From a bacterium (lineage in GTDB: Bacteria; Bacteroidota; Ignavibacteria; UBA10030), in contig JAZDJN010000085.1 in the NCBI GenBank assembly GCA_043803945.1, positions 1 through 60,712 of the forward strand: a stretch of DNA of 60,712 nucleotides, given 5' to 3'. A program made the translations under genes and the position numbers. Positions within the stretch are counted from its first letter, which is position 1. Each line of letters opens with the position of its first letter. Below the pieces are notes generated by a model. The model ran no database searches, had not been told where the DNA came from, and saw only the letters and a list, made by a program, of their open reading frames with translations. Of the stretch, positions 45,902 through 55,885 are shown one piece after another.

Positions 45902-46562
45902 CATTCTGACCGGTCTTCCCAGGCTGCTGGAAAGCCCATTGCAGGAGAGTATCGTCAAACGTGCGCAGGAGAAGGGAAAGGTTGAGATTTATATCCACGA
46001 CCTTCGGAGGTTTGCACACGACAAACATAAGACGATCGATGATACACCGTACGGCGGTGGTGCAGGAATGATTCTGAAGCCGGAACCGATCTTCGAGTGT
46101 GTCGATCAACTGCAGAGCGAGCGTCGGTATGATGAGGTTGTCTTCCTGACTGCAGAGGGTGAACAGTTCACTCAGCGGATTGCTAATCAGCTTTCGCTGA
46201 AGGATAATGTGATTGTGATTTGTGGACACTATAAAGGTGTCGATGAGCGTGTGCGGGAGACCCTGGTCACCCGTGAGATTTCAATCGGTGATTATGTACT
46301 AACAGGCGGCGAACTTGCCGCAGCAGTTCTTGTTGACGCCGTTGTCCGGTTGGTGCCGGGTGTTTTAAACGATGGTGAATCGGCGTTGAGCGATTCCTTT
46401 CAGGATGGTTTGCTTGGCGCACCGCAATATACGCGGCCCGCAGTGTACCGCGGTCTGGATGTGCCCGAAGTCCTTCTCTCTGGGAACCATGCAGAGATCG
46501 ATGCTTGGAGGCAGCAACAGCGCAAGGAACGGACGGAGAAAAGGAGAAAGGATTTGCTCTGA
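45888..46562 (+). CDS. trmD: tRNA (guanine-N1)-methyltransferase
   Basis: DDTPYGGGAGM, CGHYKGVDER, SIGDYVLTGGE, YTRP, LSGNH. Confidence 0.99.
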   Translation: MMRIDILTGLPRLLESPLQESIVKRAQEKGKVEIYIHDLRRFAHDKHKTIDDTPYGGGAGMILKPEPIFECVDQLQSERRYDEVVFLTAEGEQFTQRIANQLSLKDNVIVICGHYKGVDERVRETLVTREISIGDYVLTGGELAAAVLVDAVVRLVPGVLNDGESALSDSFQDGLLGAPQYTRPAVYRGLDVPEVLLSGNHAEIDAWRQQQRKERTEKRRKDLL

Positions 46563-46625
46563 GTTCCGACCGGCAGATGAGAGTGAAATCACTATACAAA
46601 GAAGTATATTATTGGAGAAATACTT

Positions 46626-46967
46626 ATGGACAAGGTAAGATTAATAGAAGCAACCCAACTCAAGGCAGATATTCCGGTCTTCAAACCCGGTGACACCATA
46701 AATGTGCACGTACGTGTTGTCGAAGGCGACAAAGAGCGTATTCAGCACTTCCAGGGTGTAGTCATTGCGAGGCGGGGCTCGGGTGTGAATGCCACCTTCA
46801 CTGTCCGCAAAGTCTCGGATGGTGTCGGTGTGGAACGCATTTTCCCGATTCATTCACCGCGTATTGCAAAGATTGAACGCGTGAAAGAGGGAAAAGTCCG
46901 GCGCGCAAAACTGTATTACGTTCGCGGTCTTGCTGCAAAACAGGTGGCTCAAAAGACCAGCGCATAG
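46626..46967 (+). CDS. rplS: 50S ribosomal protein L19
   Basis: [32 protein letters not shown]. Confidence 0.99.
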   Translation: MDKVRLIEATQLKADIPVFKPGDTINVHVRVVEGDKERIQHFQGVVIARRGSGVNATFTVRKVSDGVGVERIFPIHSPRIAKIERVKEGKVRRAKLYYVRGLAAKQVAQKTSA

Positions 46968-46970
46968 GCG

Positions 46971-47813
46971 ATGAAACGCACGCTGGGAGTTCATCAGGCC
47001 CTCTATCTGAAACCACTCCTGTATGGCCTCTCAGGGAGCGATGCTCCGTTCGATATTCACCAGGATCTTCCTGCCCAGCTTGCTGTGAAATTCAGAGAGC
47101 GAATCCCGCCGTATGAAGCGGGATTCGCTTTTCTATCACCGCTCGACTATGCACGGCATGGCTCTGAGTACCGTATTATTCCGGGTGTAGCCGTTTCCTC
47201 CAACGCTCGTTCCGGTACTATTCAACTCTACATCAAATACCAGGTACACAATATCCACACACTGGCGGTAGATGTCCGATGTACCAGCGAGATCATTCTC
47301 GCAAAGATTATTCTCCTGGAAAAATATACCAACCTCACGCCGGAGCGGACAGCTATTCAATATTTGCCGATGCTCCCCGATTGCACTGCGATGCTGGAAA
47401 AGGCGGATGCAGCATTGGTGGTGAACTTTGCCCCTGAACCGGCTTCTGCAAAGGATCACTTTTCCATTGACCTCGTTGATGAATGGTTCGATTTAACAGA
47501 GCTTCCCTATCTGCACGGATTCTGGGTGGGCCGTGAAGAAGATGTTTCTGCCGCGGAAATCCAGGCACTGCTCCGTGCCCGTGATCAGGGCTTCCTTCAT
47601 CATTCGGCTCTCGCGGTCGAGGAAGCGTCGCGGCTTTCAATTCCGGAGGAGATTGTGGAGGAGTATTTCGAATCATTCTCTTATGAATTCGGTGAAGAGC
47701 AGGAGGCAAGCCTTTCTGAATACTCACGGTACGCTTTTTACCACGGGATTATCCCCGATGTCCCGGATATTAACTTCTTCAACCTTGAGCCTCCCACTGA
47801 AGCGCTCAATTAA
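46971..47813 (+). CDS. mqnA: MqnA-like (futalosine pathway chorismate dehydratase family), divergent
   Basis: PLLYGL, PAQLA, LAVD...TS, DAALV, DL..EW..LT.LP...GFW. Confidence 0.65.
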   Translation: MKRTLGVHQALYLKPLLYGLSGSDAPFDIHQDLPAQLAVKFRERIPPYEAGFAFLSPLDYARHGSEYRIIPGVAVSSNARSGTIQLYIKYQVHNIHTLAVDVRCTSEIILAKIILLEKYTNLTPERTAIQYLPMLPDCTAMLEKADAALVVNFAPEPASAKDHFSIDLVDEWFDLTELPYLHGFWVGREEDVSAAEIQALLRARDQGFLHHSALAVEEASRLSIPEEIVEEYFESFSYEFGEEQEASLSEYSRYAFYHGIIPDVPDINFFNLEPPTEALN

Positions 47814-47977
47814 CTCACACTGCCTGATCAAACGGTCTCATTCTTCTCTTCGGTTTTCGCTGTTGAGGTGTGAATCAAGTGCGTAATTTTTCGTACCTCG
47901 ACCCTGCTCATTCATCTCCTTTCCAATGGAAATTCCCATTTTTTTCCCTACATTTGAATTGAAAACGGGCGAACCTT

Positions 47978-49720
47978 ATGCTGAAATCACTCTTTGTCAA
48001 GAACTATGCATTGATTGAGGAAATTACCGTCGAGTTTCAGAGCGGACTCAATATTATCACCGGTGAGACTGGTGCCGGCAAATCCATTCTTATTGATGCT
48101 CTGAGCCTGATTCTTGGCGAACGGACAAGCGGAGAAATCATCCGTAAAGGTGCCGAGAAGGCAATTGTGGAAGGTGTGTTCATGCTCTCCGGAAACAGGC
48201 ATGTACAGGAACTGCTTCGGGAGAATGAGCTCGACCGATCGGAAGAACTTATCCTGCGCAGAGAAATTTCTGCCAAAGGGCATAACCGGTGCTTCGTCAA
48301 TGATACCCCCGTCCAGCTTTCATTGCTGCAGAAGATCGGTGACCAGTTGGTGGATTTACATGGCCAGCACGATCATCAATCGCTCCTTCATCCGGAAACC
48401 CACATCGATATGCTTGACGACTTCGGCGGCCTCGCCCTGCTGAGAACCGAGTACCAGCAATCCTATTCGGAGTTGACAGGGCTTTTTCGGCAATTGGATG
48501 CGTTGCAGGCAAAGGAGCGTCAGCTCAAAGAGAAACGCGACCTGTTCGAATTCCAGATGAAAGAGATAGATGCGGTCGCCCCCCGCGCCGGTGAGGAGGA
48601 TGATCTGGAATCTGAATTGAAAATTCTTGAGAACGCAGAACGGCTCTTTGAAATCACTGCCCGGCTCTACCAGGCGCTCTATGAAGGTGAACAGGCTATC
48701 TACGATCGACTGGTGGTTGTTAGAAATCAACTCGAAGACCTCACAGATATTGATAAGACATTTGAAGATCAGAAAAGCGAGTGTGCCGCGGCTGTTGCGG
48801 TTGTCAGTGAAATTGCCAAATTTGTTCAGAACTATAATTCGAAAATCGAGTTTAATCCCGACCGCCTTGAACACATCCGTGAACGGTTGGGCCAGTTCTC
48901 ATTGCTCAAGAAAAAATATGGCGGTTCCATCGACACGCTGCTGGAGCATCGGGAAAACATCGGAAAGGAAGCTGCCCTCGCTGATAATTTTGATGGAGAA
49001 ATCCAAAAACTGAAGGAAGAAATTGAGCAGAGACGCAAGACATGCTCTGCTGCTGCACAGCGCCTCTCCGTCAAACGTCAGGAACTGGTAGGCAGGATCA
49101 ATCAGTCTGTCGTGGAGGAGCTCACAAAGCTGGGAATTGCAAATGCCAGATTTGATGTGCAGATCGGTTCGCGGGTCATTGCCCAACAGGACAAGTCACG
49201 GCAGAATGCTCACGCCTATGTAAAGCTTGGCCGTGATTTCTACGAAGCGTCAGCAAAAGGAATCGATGATGTCGAATTTCATCTTTCCACCAATATGGGG
49301 GAAGATCTGAAACCGTTGATCAAGGTTGCTTCCGGTGGAGAAATCTCGCGGATCATGCTTGTCCTGAAAACAATTCTGGCAAAATCCGAACGGCTGCCAC
49401 TGCTGATCTTCGATGAGATTGATGTGGGAGTCAGCGGCCGCATTGCACAGGCGGTCGGCAGGAGTTTAAAAAATCTCTCCCAGTTTCATCAGGTGATTGC
49501 CATAACGCATCTTCCTCAGATTGCAGGATTGGCGGATACACACTTTGTTGTTGAAAAAGTTGAGCGCTCAAGGCGGACCAACACCTCCATGCGAAAACTT
49601 GATCTCGAAGAGCGTGTTCATGAAGTGGCAAAACTTATGAGCGGATTTGAAGTGACGGATGCTGCCCGCGAAGGAGCGAAGGAATTAATGGAAATCAAAT
49701 CAACGAGAACGAAAAACTAA
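47978..49720 (+). CDS. recN: DNA repair protein RecN
   Basis: TGETGAGKS, HGQHDHQ, ASGGE.SR, FDEIDVGVSG, THLPQIA. Confidence 0.99.
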   Translation: MLKSLFVKNYALIEEITVEFQSGLNIITGETGAGKSILIDALSLILGERTSGEIIRKGAEKAIVEGVFMLSGNRHVQELLRENELDRSEELILRREISAKGHNRCFVNDTPVQLSLLQKIGDQLVDLHGQHDHQSLLHPETHIDMLDDFGGLALLRTEYQQSYSELTGLFRQLDALQAKERQLKEKRDLFEFQMKEIDAVAPRAGEEDDLESELKILENAERLFEITARLYQALYEGEQAIYDRLVVVRNQLEDLTDIDKTFEDQKSECAAAVAVVSEIAKFVQNYNSKIEFNPDRLEHIRERLGQFSLLKKKYGGSIDTLLEHRENIGKEAALADNFDGEIQKLKEEIEQRRKTCSAAAQRLSVKRQELVGRINQSVVEELTKLGIANARFDVQIGSRVIAQQDKSRQNAHAYVKLGRDFYEASAKGIDDVEFHLSTNMGEDLKPLIKVASGGEISRIMLVLKTILAKSERLPLLIFDEIDVGVSGRIAQAVGRSLKNLSQFHQVIAITHLPQIAGLADTHFVVEKVERSRRTNTSMRKLDLEERVHEVAKLMSGFEVTDAAREGAKELMEIKSTRTKN

Positions 49721-49729
49721 TTCGGTACT

Positions 49730-51178
49730 ATGGCACTCACACTCTATAATACTCTGACACGGTCGAGAGAACCCTTCACGCCGATCCATGAAGGGTTGGT
49801 CGGTATGTATGTGTGCGGGCCGACAGTCTACAGCGATTCGCATATCGGCCACGCAAAAAGTTATATCTCATTCGATATCATCGTTCGTTACCTGCGGTAC
49901 TGTGGATACAAAGTGCTCTACGTGCAGAATATCACGGATGTCGGGCACCTGCTCGACAGCGGCGAAGATCGGATGTTGAAGCAATCCAAAATAGACAAAG
50001 TGCATCCGATGGAAATCGCCGAACGGATGACGCGAAGTTACTTTGAGGATATGGATGCCCTTGGGGTCGCTCGGCCAGATATTTCACCCCACGCAACCGG
50101 TCATATCATCGAACAGATTGAGATGATAAAGCAACTGCTCGATAAAGGATTTGCCTACGAAAGCGGCGGTTCAATCTATTTCGAAATTCGAAAATTTAAA
50201 GGGTACGGCAAGCTTTCCGGCAGAACGATTGAGGAGACGATGGAAGGAACGCGCGTTGTCGTGCGCGAGGAAAAACGTAACCCGGAGGACTTTGCCCTGT
50301 GGAAAAAGGCCGATCCGGAACATATTATGCACTGGCCAAGCCCATGGGGTGAAGGATTCCCGGGGTGGCATGTGGAATGTTCTGCAATGTCCATAAAATA
50401 CCTCGGCGAGTACTTCGATATTCACGGCGGCGGTATGGACAATCAATTCCCTCACCACGAATGCGAAATAGCCCAGAGCGAGTGCGCCACAGGCCGGCCC
50501 TTCGCAAAATATTGGATCCATAACAACCTGGTAACGGTCAACGGCCAGAAGATGTCGAAGTCGCTGGGGAATCATGTTACGCTGAAAGAGCTCTTCGCTC
50601 GATACGATCCGCTGGTCATCCGGTTCTTTGTGCTCCAGAGCCACTATCGCAGCACACTGGATTTCAGCGACGAAGCCATACAGGGTGCCAAAAATGGCCT
50701 GGAGAAGCTGCTCAACACTATCCGAAATCTGCGGGAGGAGATTACGAGATCTTCTTCTCGGGTCTCCGGCGAAGGTCTGAACATTAATCTGGCCTCCTAT
50801 AAGGAGCGCTTTCTGAGTGCGATGGATGACGACTTCAATGCCCCTCAGGCAATCGCTCTACTGTTCGACCTTGCACGTGAGGTGAACACTGCTCTGGCGA
50901 CCGGAAAGCAATTCAGTGCGGAATCATTACAAGCTGTTGACCGGTTGTTCGTGGAGCTTGGAGGAACTGTTCTCGGTCTCGTCTCAGAGAAACTCTCAAC
51001 CGCAGAAGGGGGCGAACAAAACCTTCTCAACGATTTGATCCAGATCCTTATCGACCTGCGGAAAGAAAGCAGGAGCCAAAAGCTCTGGGCATTTGCTGAT
51101 TCTATTCGCGATCAATTGAAGCGGATCGGTATTCTTCTCGAAGATAAAAAAGATGGAACTACCTGGCGTCGAGGGTAA
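49730..51178 (+). CDS. cysS: Cysteinyl-tRNA synthetase
   Basis: [36 protein letters not shown]. Confidence 0.99.
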   Translation: MALTLYNTLTRSREPFTPIHEGLVGMYVCGPTVYSDSHIGHAKSYISFDIIVRYLRYCGYKVLYVQNITDVGHLLDSGEDRMLKQSKIDKVHPMEIAERMTRSYFEDMDALGVARPDISPHATGHIIEQIEMIKQLLDKGFAYESGGSIYFEIRKFKGYGKLSGRTIEETMEGTRVVVREEKRNPEDFALWKKADPEHIMHWPSPWGEGFPGWHVECSAMSIKYLGEYFDIHGGGMDNQFPHHECEIAQSECATGRPFAKYWIHNNLVTVNGQKMSKSLGNHVTLKELFARYDPLVIRFFVLQSHYRSTLDFSDEAIQGAKNGLEKLLNTIRNLREEITRSSSRVSGEGLNINLASYKERFLSAMDDDFNAPQAIALLFDLAREVNTALATGKQFSAESLQAVDRLFVELGGTVLGLVSEKLSTAEGGEQNLLNDLIQILIDLRKESRSQKLWAFADSIRDQLKRIGILLEDKKDGTTWRRG

Positions 51179-51262
51179 CTGCATTCGATGATGGGATTCT
51201 CCATTCGATGAAGCTGCATGATCATCAGGGGGAATGTTACTCCATATGGAAGGAGGTTTCCT

Positions 51263-52027
51263 ATGGGAAAAAAAAGCAGATGGCTTCGATGTTCGATGAC
51301 GGCGCTTTGGCTGGGAGTGCTTCTTTCACAACTCTGCCTCTCTCAAACAGAGACCTCTGTTGTGGGAATGATCACGGATCAATCTTCGCAAAAACCAATT
51401 TCCGGTGTGAACGTGATCATCCGGGATACGAAACTTGGTGCAATGACCGACAGCCTGGGATTTTACGAAATACGCCATGTTCTCCCTGGGCTGGCGTTGC
51501 TGGAAGTACGACACGTTGGTTATCGGGGGACCGTCCGTCCCATCATCATCAATGAAGGGGAACGGAATAGAATGAATTTCGAACTTGAACAAAAGGTCAT
51601 TCAGCTCCCCGCCGTGACTGTGGAAGACAGTACTCGCCTCGAGCGGTTGAAGCATCAATTCCCCAGTGCTCATGTTGTCACCCGGCATATGATCTTACGA
51701 TCGGGTGCTGTGACGATGGGAGATCTTCTTCGCGATCTGATGCCGGACCAAAATCTTTATTTTTTACGGAAGCAGGCGCGAAAAGGAAATATCAGTTCCC
51801 GCTTCGGCAGCAATGCCTCCACCTATCTCATCATCGATAATCATTTTTTTCAGATTCCGGTGGGAGGGGAGAGCGGCAATGACTACAATTGGCTGGATCG
51901 TTACATCGGTATCGATCAGGTTGAGACGATGTTCATTCATCGAGGTTACGATGCATGGGTCCGGGTTGGGAAGCGGGGCCAGATGACCGATTACGTCATT
52001 GAGATCATGAAAAGGAAAGTTGAGTAA
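51263..52027 (+). CDS. Exported protein with carboxypeptidase-regulatory-like domain and plug-like region
   Basis: AAGGAGG RBS; signal peptide; G.ITD..S.KPI.GVNV...T.LG..TD..G.Y; no beta-barrel. Confidence 0.7.
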   Translation: MGKKSRWLRCSMTALWLGVLLSQLCLSQTETSVVGMITDQSSQKPISGVNVIIRDTKLGAMTDSLGFYEIRHVLPGLALLEVRHVGYRGTVRPIIINEGERNRMNFELEQKVIQLPAVTVEDSTRLERLKHQFPSAHVVTRHMILRSGAVTMGDLLRDLMPDQNLYFLRKQARKGNISSRFGSNASTYLIIDNHFFQIPVGGESGNDYNWLDRYIGIDQVETMFIHRGYDAWVRVGKRGQMTDYVIEIMKRKVE

Positions 52028-52086
52028 TAGAAAATTTTCAGTTGCAGTTGATCCTCTTCAAACACCATACAAAGGAAAATCTCGTG

Positions 52087-52851
52087 TTGAAACCCAAGAT
52101 TAGTCTGCTTGTGCTTCTTGCACTTGCCCCCAGACTCGCCGCACAGACTCAGGAGCCGGCAGCGTCGGCAATCGAACCGACGATGCTGATCGAAAAACCA
52201 ACGGCAGGAATGCTTGGCAGGGGAATGTATCGTGTGACGACAAACTTCTTTGAACGGGGTGGAGTACTGTTTGGTATTTCAGTCGGTGTGATGGACCGTT
52301 TTATGTTTGGCGTTACCTATGGAGGTACCGGTATTCTAGGTCATGAAAAAGCAATGATGAATTCATACCCCGGTGTTCAGGCAAAGCTTCGAGTCATTGA
52401 AGAAAGTACATCCTTTCCTGCCTGGGTCTTTGGATTTGATTCTCAGGGATTCGGACCCTATGATAAAGGGCTGGATCGCTATACCGTTAAATCACCCGGA
52501 TTCTATACCGCGGTAAGCCAGAACTATGCTCTGGCCGGAAACCTGAGCGCTCATCTGGGCATCCTGTATTCGCTCGAAAGGGATGATGATGACAAGGATG
52601 TCGATTTCTTTGTCGGTGTCGAAAAGTCTGTCGGAAAGAATATTGCCCTGTTGGCAGAATTTGATGCTGCCACAAATGACAACCACGGCAGAGCCTTTGG
52701 AAAGAATAGAGGGTATTTGAATCTTGGGTTACGCTGGTCTATTTCGAAGGAGTTGATTCTTGGATTTGATCTCAAGAATATGACAAAGAACCAGGATGGG
52801 ATAATCATTGGTAATCGGACGCTCCAATTGGAGTATATAAGCCGTTTTTAG
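52087..52851 (+). CDS. Outer-membrane beta-barrel-like protein (YjbH-like, tentative)
   Basis: Signal peptide; PTAGML; alternating beta-strand pattern; C-terminal Phe; start uncertain. Confidence 0.6.
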   Translation: MKPKISLLVLLALAPRLAAQTQEPAASAIEPTMLIEKPTAGMLGRGMYRVTTNFFERGGVLFGISVGVMDRFMFGVTYGGTGILGHEKAMMNSYPGVQAKLRVIEESTSFPAWVFGFDSQGFGPYDKGLDRYTVKSPGFYTAVSQNYALAGNLSAHLGILYSLERDDDDKDVDFFVGVEKSVGKNIALLAEFDAATNDNHGRAFGKNRGYLNLGLRWSISKELILGFDLKNMTKNQDGIIIGNRTLQLEYISRF

Positions 52852-52852
52852 T

Positions 52853-52985
52853 GTGTACAGGACTGTACACCATCGAGCTATACTGTAGACAGTGAGGAGC
52901 GGTGTATCCTCAGAAGTGCTTATATATCAAGGATTATAGTCAATTTTCAATGATTCCTTCCATACGGTTATGGCATCAGAATTGT
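52853..52985 (+). promoter_or_regulatory. Candidate sigma54 promoter with upstream palindromic activator site
   Basis: GTGTACAG-GA-CTGTACAC (52853-52870); IHF-like TATCAAGGATTAT (52925-52937); TGGCATCAGAATTGT (52971-52985, GG-N10-GT). Confidence 0.4.
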
Positions 52986-53009
52986 AAGAAGAAAGTATAG
53001 AATTTATTC

Positions 53010-54062
53010 ATGAGGCGGCCAATGAAACGACATAATCTAATAGCAACAATTCTTTTTCTTACCCTTCCAATTCTCCTTTCGGGGTGCTACACGCAGCTCG
53101 TAATCCAGGATGATGAGGAAAGGTATACGCCAGATCGCGAAACCGTGCAACGATATGTTTCTGACGGCGACACACTGGTTCAGGAAGATCGCGGAATCGA
53201 TGCTGAAGAACAAGATCGGTATCGTTTTCATGCGATGCTGGGATTCCACTATTCTCCATTCATCAATAGTCCCTGGAGAATGAATATGTGGTACGATCCA
53301 TGGATGTGGATGGACTATCCCTATGGCTATTACGGATATTCGTCCTACTACAACAACTATGGGTATGGCTCATACGGCAATCCATATTACTATGGCTATT
53401 CTCCCTATTCATATTATTCTCCCTATGATTATTATCGAGGGTATCCATATGTCGTCTATAACACATCTGGTGGAAACAAAGGAGCCACCCGAAATTCCGG
53501 ATATCGACGTTCAGGAACCGAGACAGGTGGATTTGCTGGCACTGGCCGTTCAAGCCTCAATGCGGGAGGGTCTTTCTCCGTTCCATCTGCGACTCGCACA
53601 GTAGGACGCGGTGCGTCGGCTTCCAGCCCAACACGCAGCACTGAGCAAGGTCTGAACAAAGGAAGTTCAAGAGGCTCCTCTGAATCAAGAGGCGGATCTC
53701 GGGAAGTGTCTTCAGGACGCTCACGATCGTATTCTCCGCCATCATCGTCAGGTTCCGGCCGCAGCAGCGGAGGCAGCAGCGGTGGTAGCGGCAGAAGCAG
53801 CGGAACGTCTCGCGGACGGTCCGCATCCTATCAGCAAGGTTCATATCAATATACGCCCCCCGCAACACGATCGTATTCACCACCGTCATCTTCGGGAAGC
53901 GGCTCGTACACTCCACCGCGAAGCAGTTCATCCACGCCTTCATACACCCCACCCCCTTCATCGGGCGGGAGCAGCAATAGTGGTGGCAACCGTGGTGGTT
54001 CCAGTAACGGCGGGAGCAGTGGTGGAAACCGGAGCAGCGGCTCAACACGAAGCGGTCGATAA
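53010..54062 (+). CDS. Lipoprotein with Tyr-rich and Ser/Gly/Arg-rich low-complexity regions
   Basis: Lipobox LLSGC; YYGYSSYYNNYGYGSYG...; long SGGSS/RSYSPP tail. Confidence 0.8.
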   Translation: MRRPMKRHNLIATILFLTLPILLSGCYTQLVIQDDEERYTPDRETVQRYVSDGDTLVQEDRGIDAEEQDRYRFHAMLGFHYSPFINSPWRMNMWYDPWMWMDYPYGYYGYSSYYNNYGYGSYGNPYYYGYSPYSYYSPYDYYRGYPYVVYNTSGGNKGATRNSGYRRSGTETGGFAGTGRSSLNAGGSFSVPSATRTVGRGASASSPTRSTEQGLNKGSSRGSSESRGGSREVSSGRSRSYSPPSSSGSGRSSGGSSGGSGRSSGTSRGRSASYQQGSYQYTPPATRSYSPPSSSGSGSYTPPRSSSSTPSYTPPPSSGGSSNSGGNRGGSSNGGSSGGNRSSGSTRSGR

Positions 54063-54073
54063 CAATACATCCC

Positions 54074-55573
54074 ATGGAGGGGAGAACAACAATGTATTAC
54101 CATACTAGAGTTTTGAGCATAGCGATTCTTCTGATGGCAGCCCTTTCCATGAGCTCGGCTCAGTATGCGGAAGATGTCCTTCGATTTTCTCAATGGAATA
54201 ATCCGGTCGGTGCACGAACTCTTGGCATTGGTGGTGCAGCGGTCGGTATTGCTGACGATTTTTCTGCACTGTTTACGAACCCTGCCGGGCTTGCATCCAT
54301 CCGCGATTTTGAATTTTCACTGGGCCTTTCAAACCTCTCCTACAATAACGACACGAAGTTTTTCGGATTAACAACTCCTTCAGATAATCGATCGACAAAT
54401 TTAAATTCTCTTGGATTGGTCTATCCGGTCGCTACGCAGCGCGGCAGCTTGACATTCGCTTTTGGGTATGGAAGAGTTGCGAGCTTTGCTACTTCGGCAG
54501 CGTTCAACGGATTTAATTCGCAGAGCTCTATCATTGAGTCCATGACTCCTGGCAATAATCTGAATGCAATGTCCAAAGACGCAAAAGAAAAATTTCTCGA
54601 CAATAATATTCCCTATCAGATCTTTCTCGCTAATATTGATAGCGTCTATGGGAAACTCCTTCCGGTTGTGTCGGGGAATGTGCTCCAGAATGGAACCGTG
54701 CGGGAAGGAGGAGGCATCAATAACTGGTCGCTGGGTGGTGCCATTGATATAGCAAAGAATCTCTCGCTGGGAGTAGGTATCAATATTCTCTCGGGCTCTT
54801 ACAGCTATGACCGGGTCTTTACAGAAACCGATAGTAAAGATTTCTATACAGACACTCGCCCCAAACCACTCTACGATTTTGATCGGTTTCGGCTGGAAAG
54901 TACAATCAATAGCGATCTCACCGGCTACAACGTTTTATTTGGATTAATGTATCGGAAGCAAGGTTCATACAAAATTGGCGCAAGCATTCGTACGCCATCC
55001 TATTATGATATTTCCGAGTCATTCGCGGATCGTGGAAGAAGCTGGTTCGATAATGGCGACAATTATGATATCGATCTGCCCGGAGAGACCAAATACAGCA
55101 TTAAAACCCCAATGGTGATGAGTGCCGGTGCATCGTTCCAGGTGAGGGACTTTTTGGTATTCGCCGGGGATGTCGAGTATATCGACTGGACCGAAATGGA
55201 ATTTACCACAGACAATCTTGACCTCCAGGATGAAAATCGGCATATCCTGGACACGTATCAGGCTACGGTCAATTTACGCGGAGGTGTGGAGATCTCATTA
55301 TTCGATCTCGGTGTAAAGCTTCGTGCCGGAATGGTCTATCAACCCTCCCCGTATAAGGTCGACCAAGATAAAACCGATTTTGACCAACAATATTATACGT
55401 TTGGTGCCGGCTACAAGATCGATGACAATGTGACGATTAACGCCGCATTTGCCACAGGAAAGTGGAAGACGTTGCGCGATAATTATTATCTAAACGGCTT
55501 ACCGGCCACCTCATCAACTGACGAATCGGTGAAAACCAGCACACTAAGCGTGACCCTCTCCTATCGATTCTAA
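54074..55573 (+). CDS. OmpP1/FadL-family outer-membrane beta-barrel
   Basis: GARTLGIGGA.V..ADD.SA..NPAGL; C-terminal LSYRF. Confidence 0.85.
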   Translation: MEGRTTMYYHTRVLSIAILLMAALSMSSAQYAEDVLRFSQWNNPVGARTLGIGGAAVGIADDFSALFTNPAGLASIRDFEFSLGLSNLSYNNDTKFFGLTTPSDNRSTNLNSLGLVYPVATQRGSLTFAFGYGRVASFATSAAFNGFNSQSSIIESMTPGNNLNAMSKDAKEKFLDNNIPYQIFLANIDSVYGKLLPVVSGNVLQNGTVREGGGINNWSLGGAIDIAKNLSLGVGINILSGSYSYDRVFTETDSKDFYTDTRPKPLYDFDRFRLESTINSDLTGYNVLFGLMYRKQGSYKIGASIRTPSYYDISESFADRGRSWFDNGDNYDIDLPGETKYSIKTPMVMSAGASFQVRDFLVFAGDVEYIDWTEMEFTTDNLDLQDENRHILDTYQATVNLRGGVEISLFDLGVKLRAGMVYQPSPYKVDQDKTDFDQQYYTFGAGYKIDDNVTINAAFATGKWKTLRDNYYLNGLPATSSTDESVKTSTLSVTLSYRF

Positions 55574-55585
55574 GAATTATTCGTT

Positions 55586-55722
55586 CTACAAGTATCTCGT
55601 CCCTACGGGACTATAGACCAATAGCCTTTCGGGGATGGTCCCAGTCATGAGAGCTCCGATAGGAGCGAAAAATTTTTAGTAATCCATAATCATCAATGTT
55701 CAAGCCCCAGAGGGGCGGCATA
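55586..55722. repeat. Cluster of short REP-like palindromes
   Basis: GTCCCTACGGGAC, GCTCCGATAGGAGC, GCCCCAGAGGGGC within 140 nt. Confidence 0.55.
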
Positions 55723-55885
55723 CCATTCGGGTTAAAACTTTGTACGCTTAACCATTACGCCATTGACACTTATCCGACGGTATTTCTTTTCCTCATCCTC
55801 TCCCGTTGCAACACCACCCAAGTTTCTTTACATTAACTCCGCCGTTGAAACCTTGATTACTCTTCAACCAATATCCAGGTAACCG

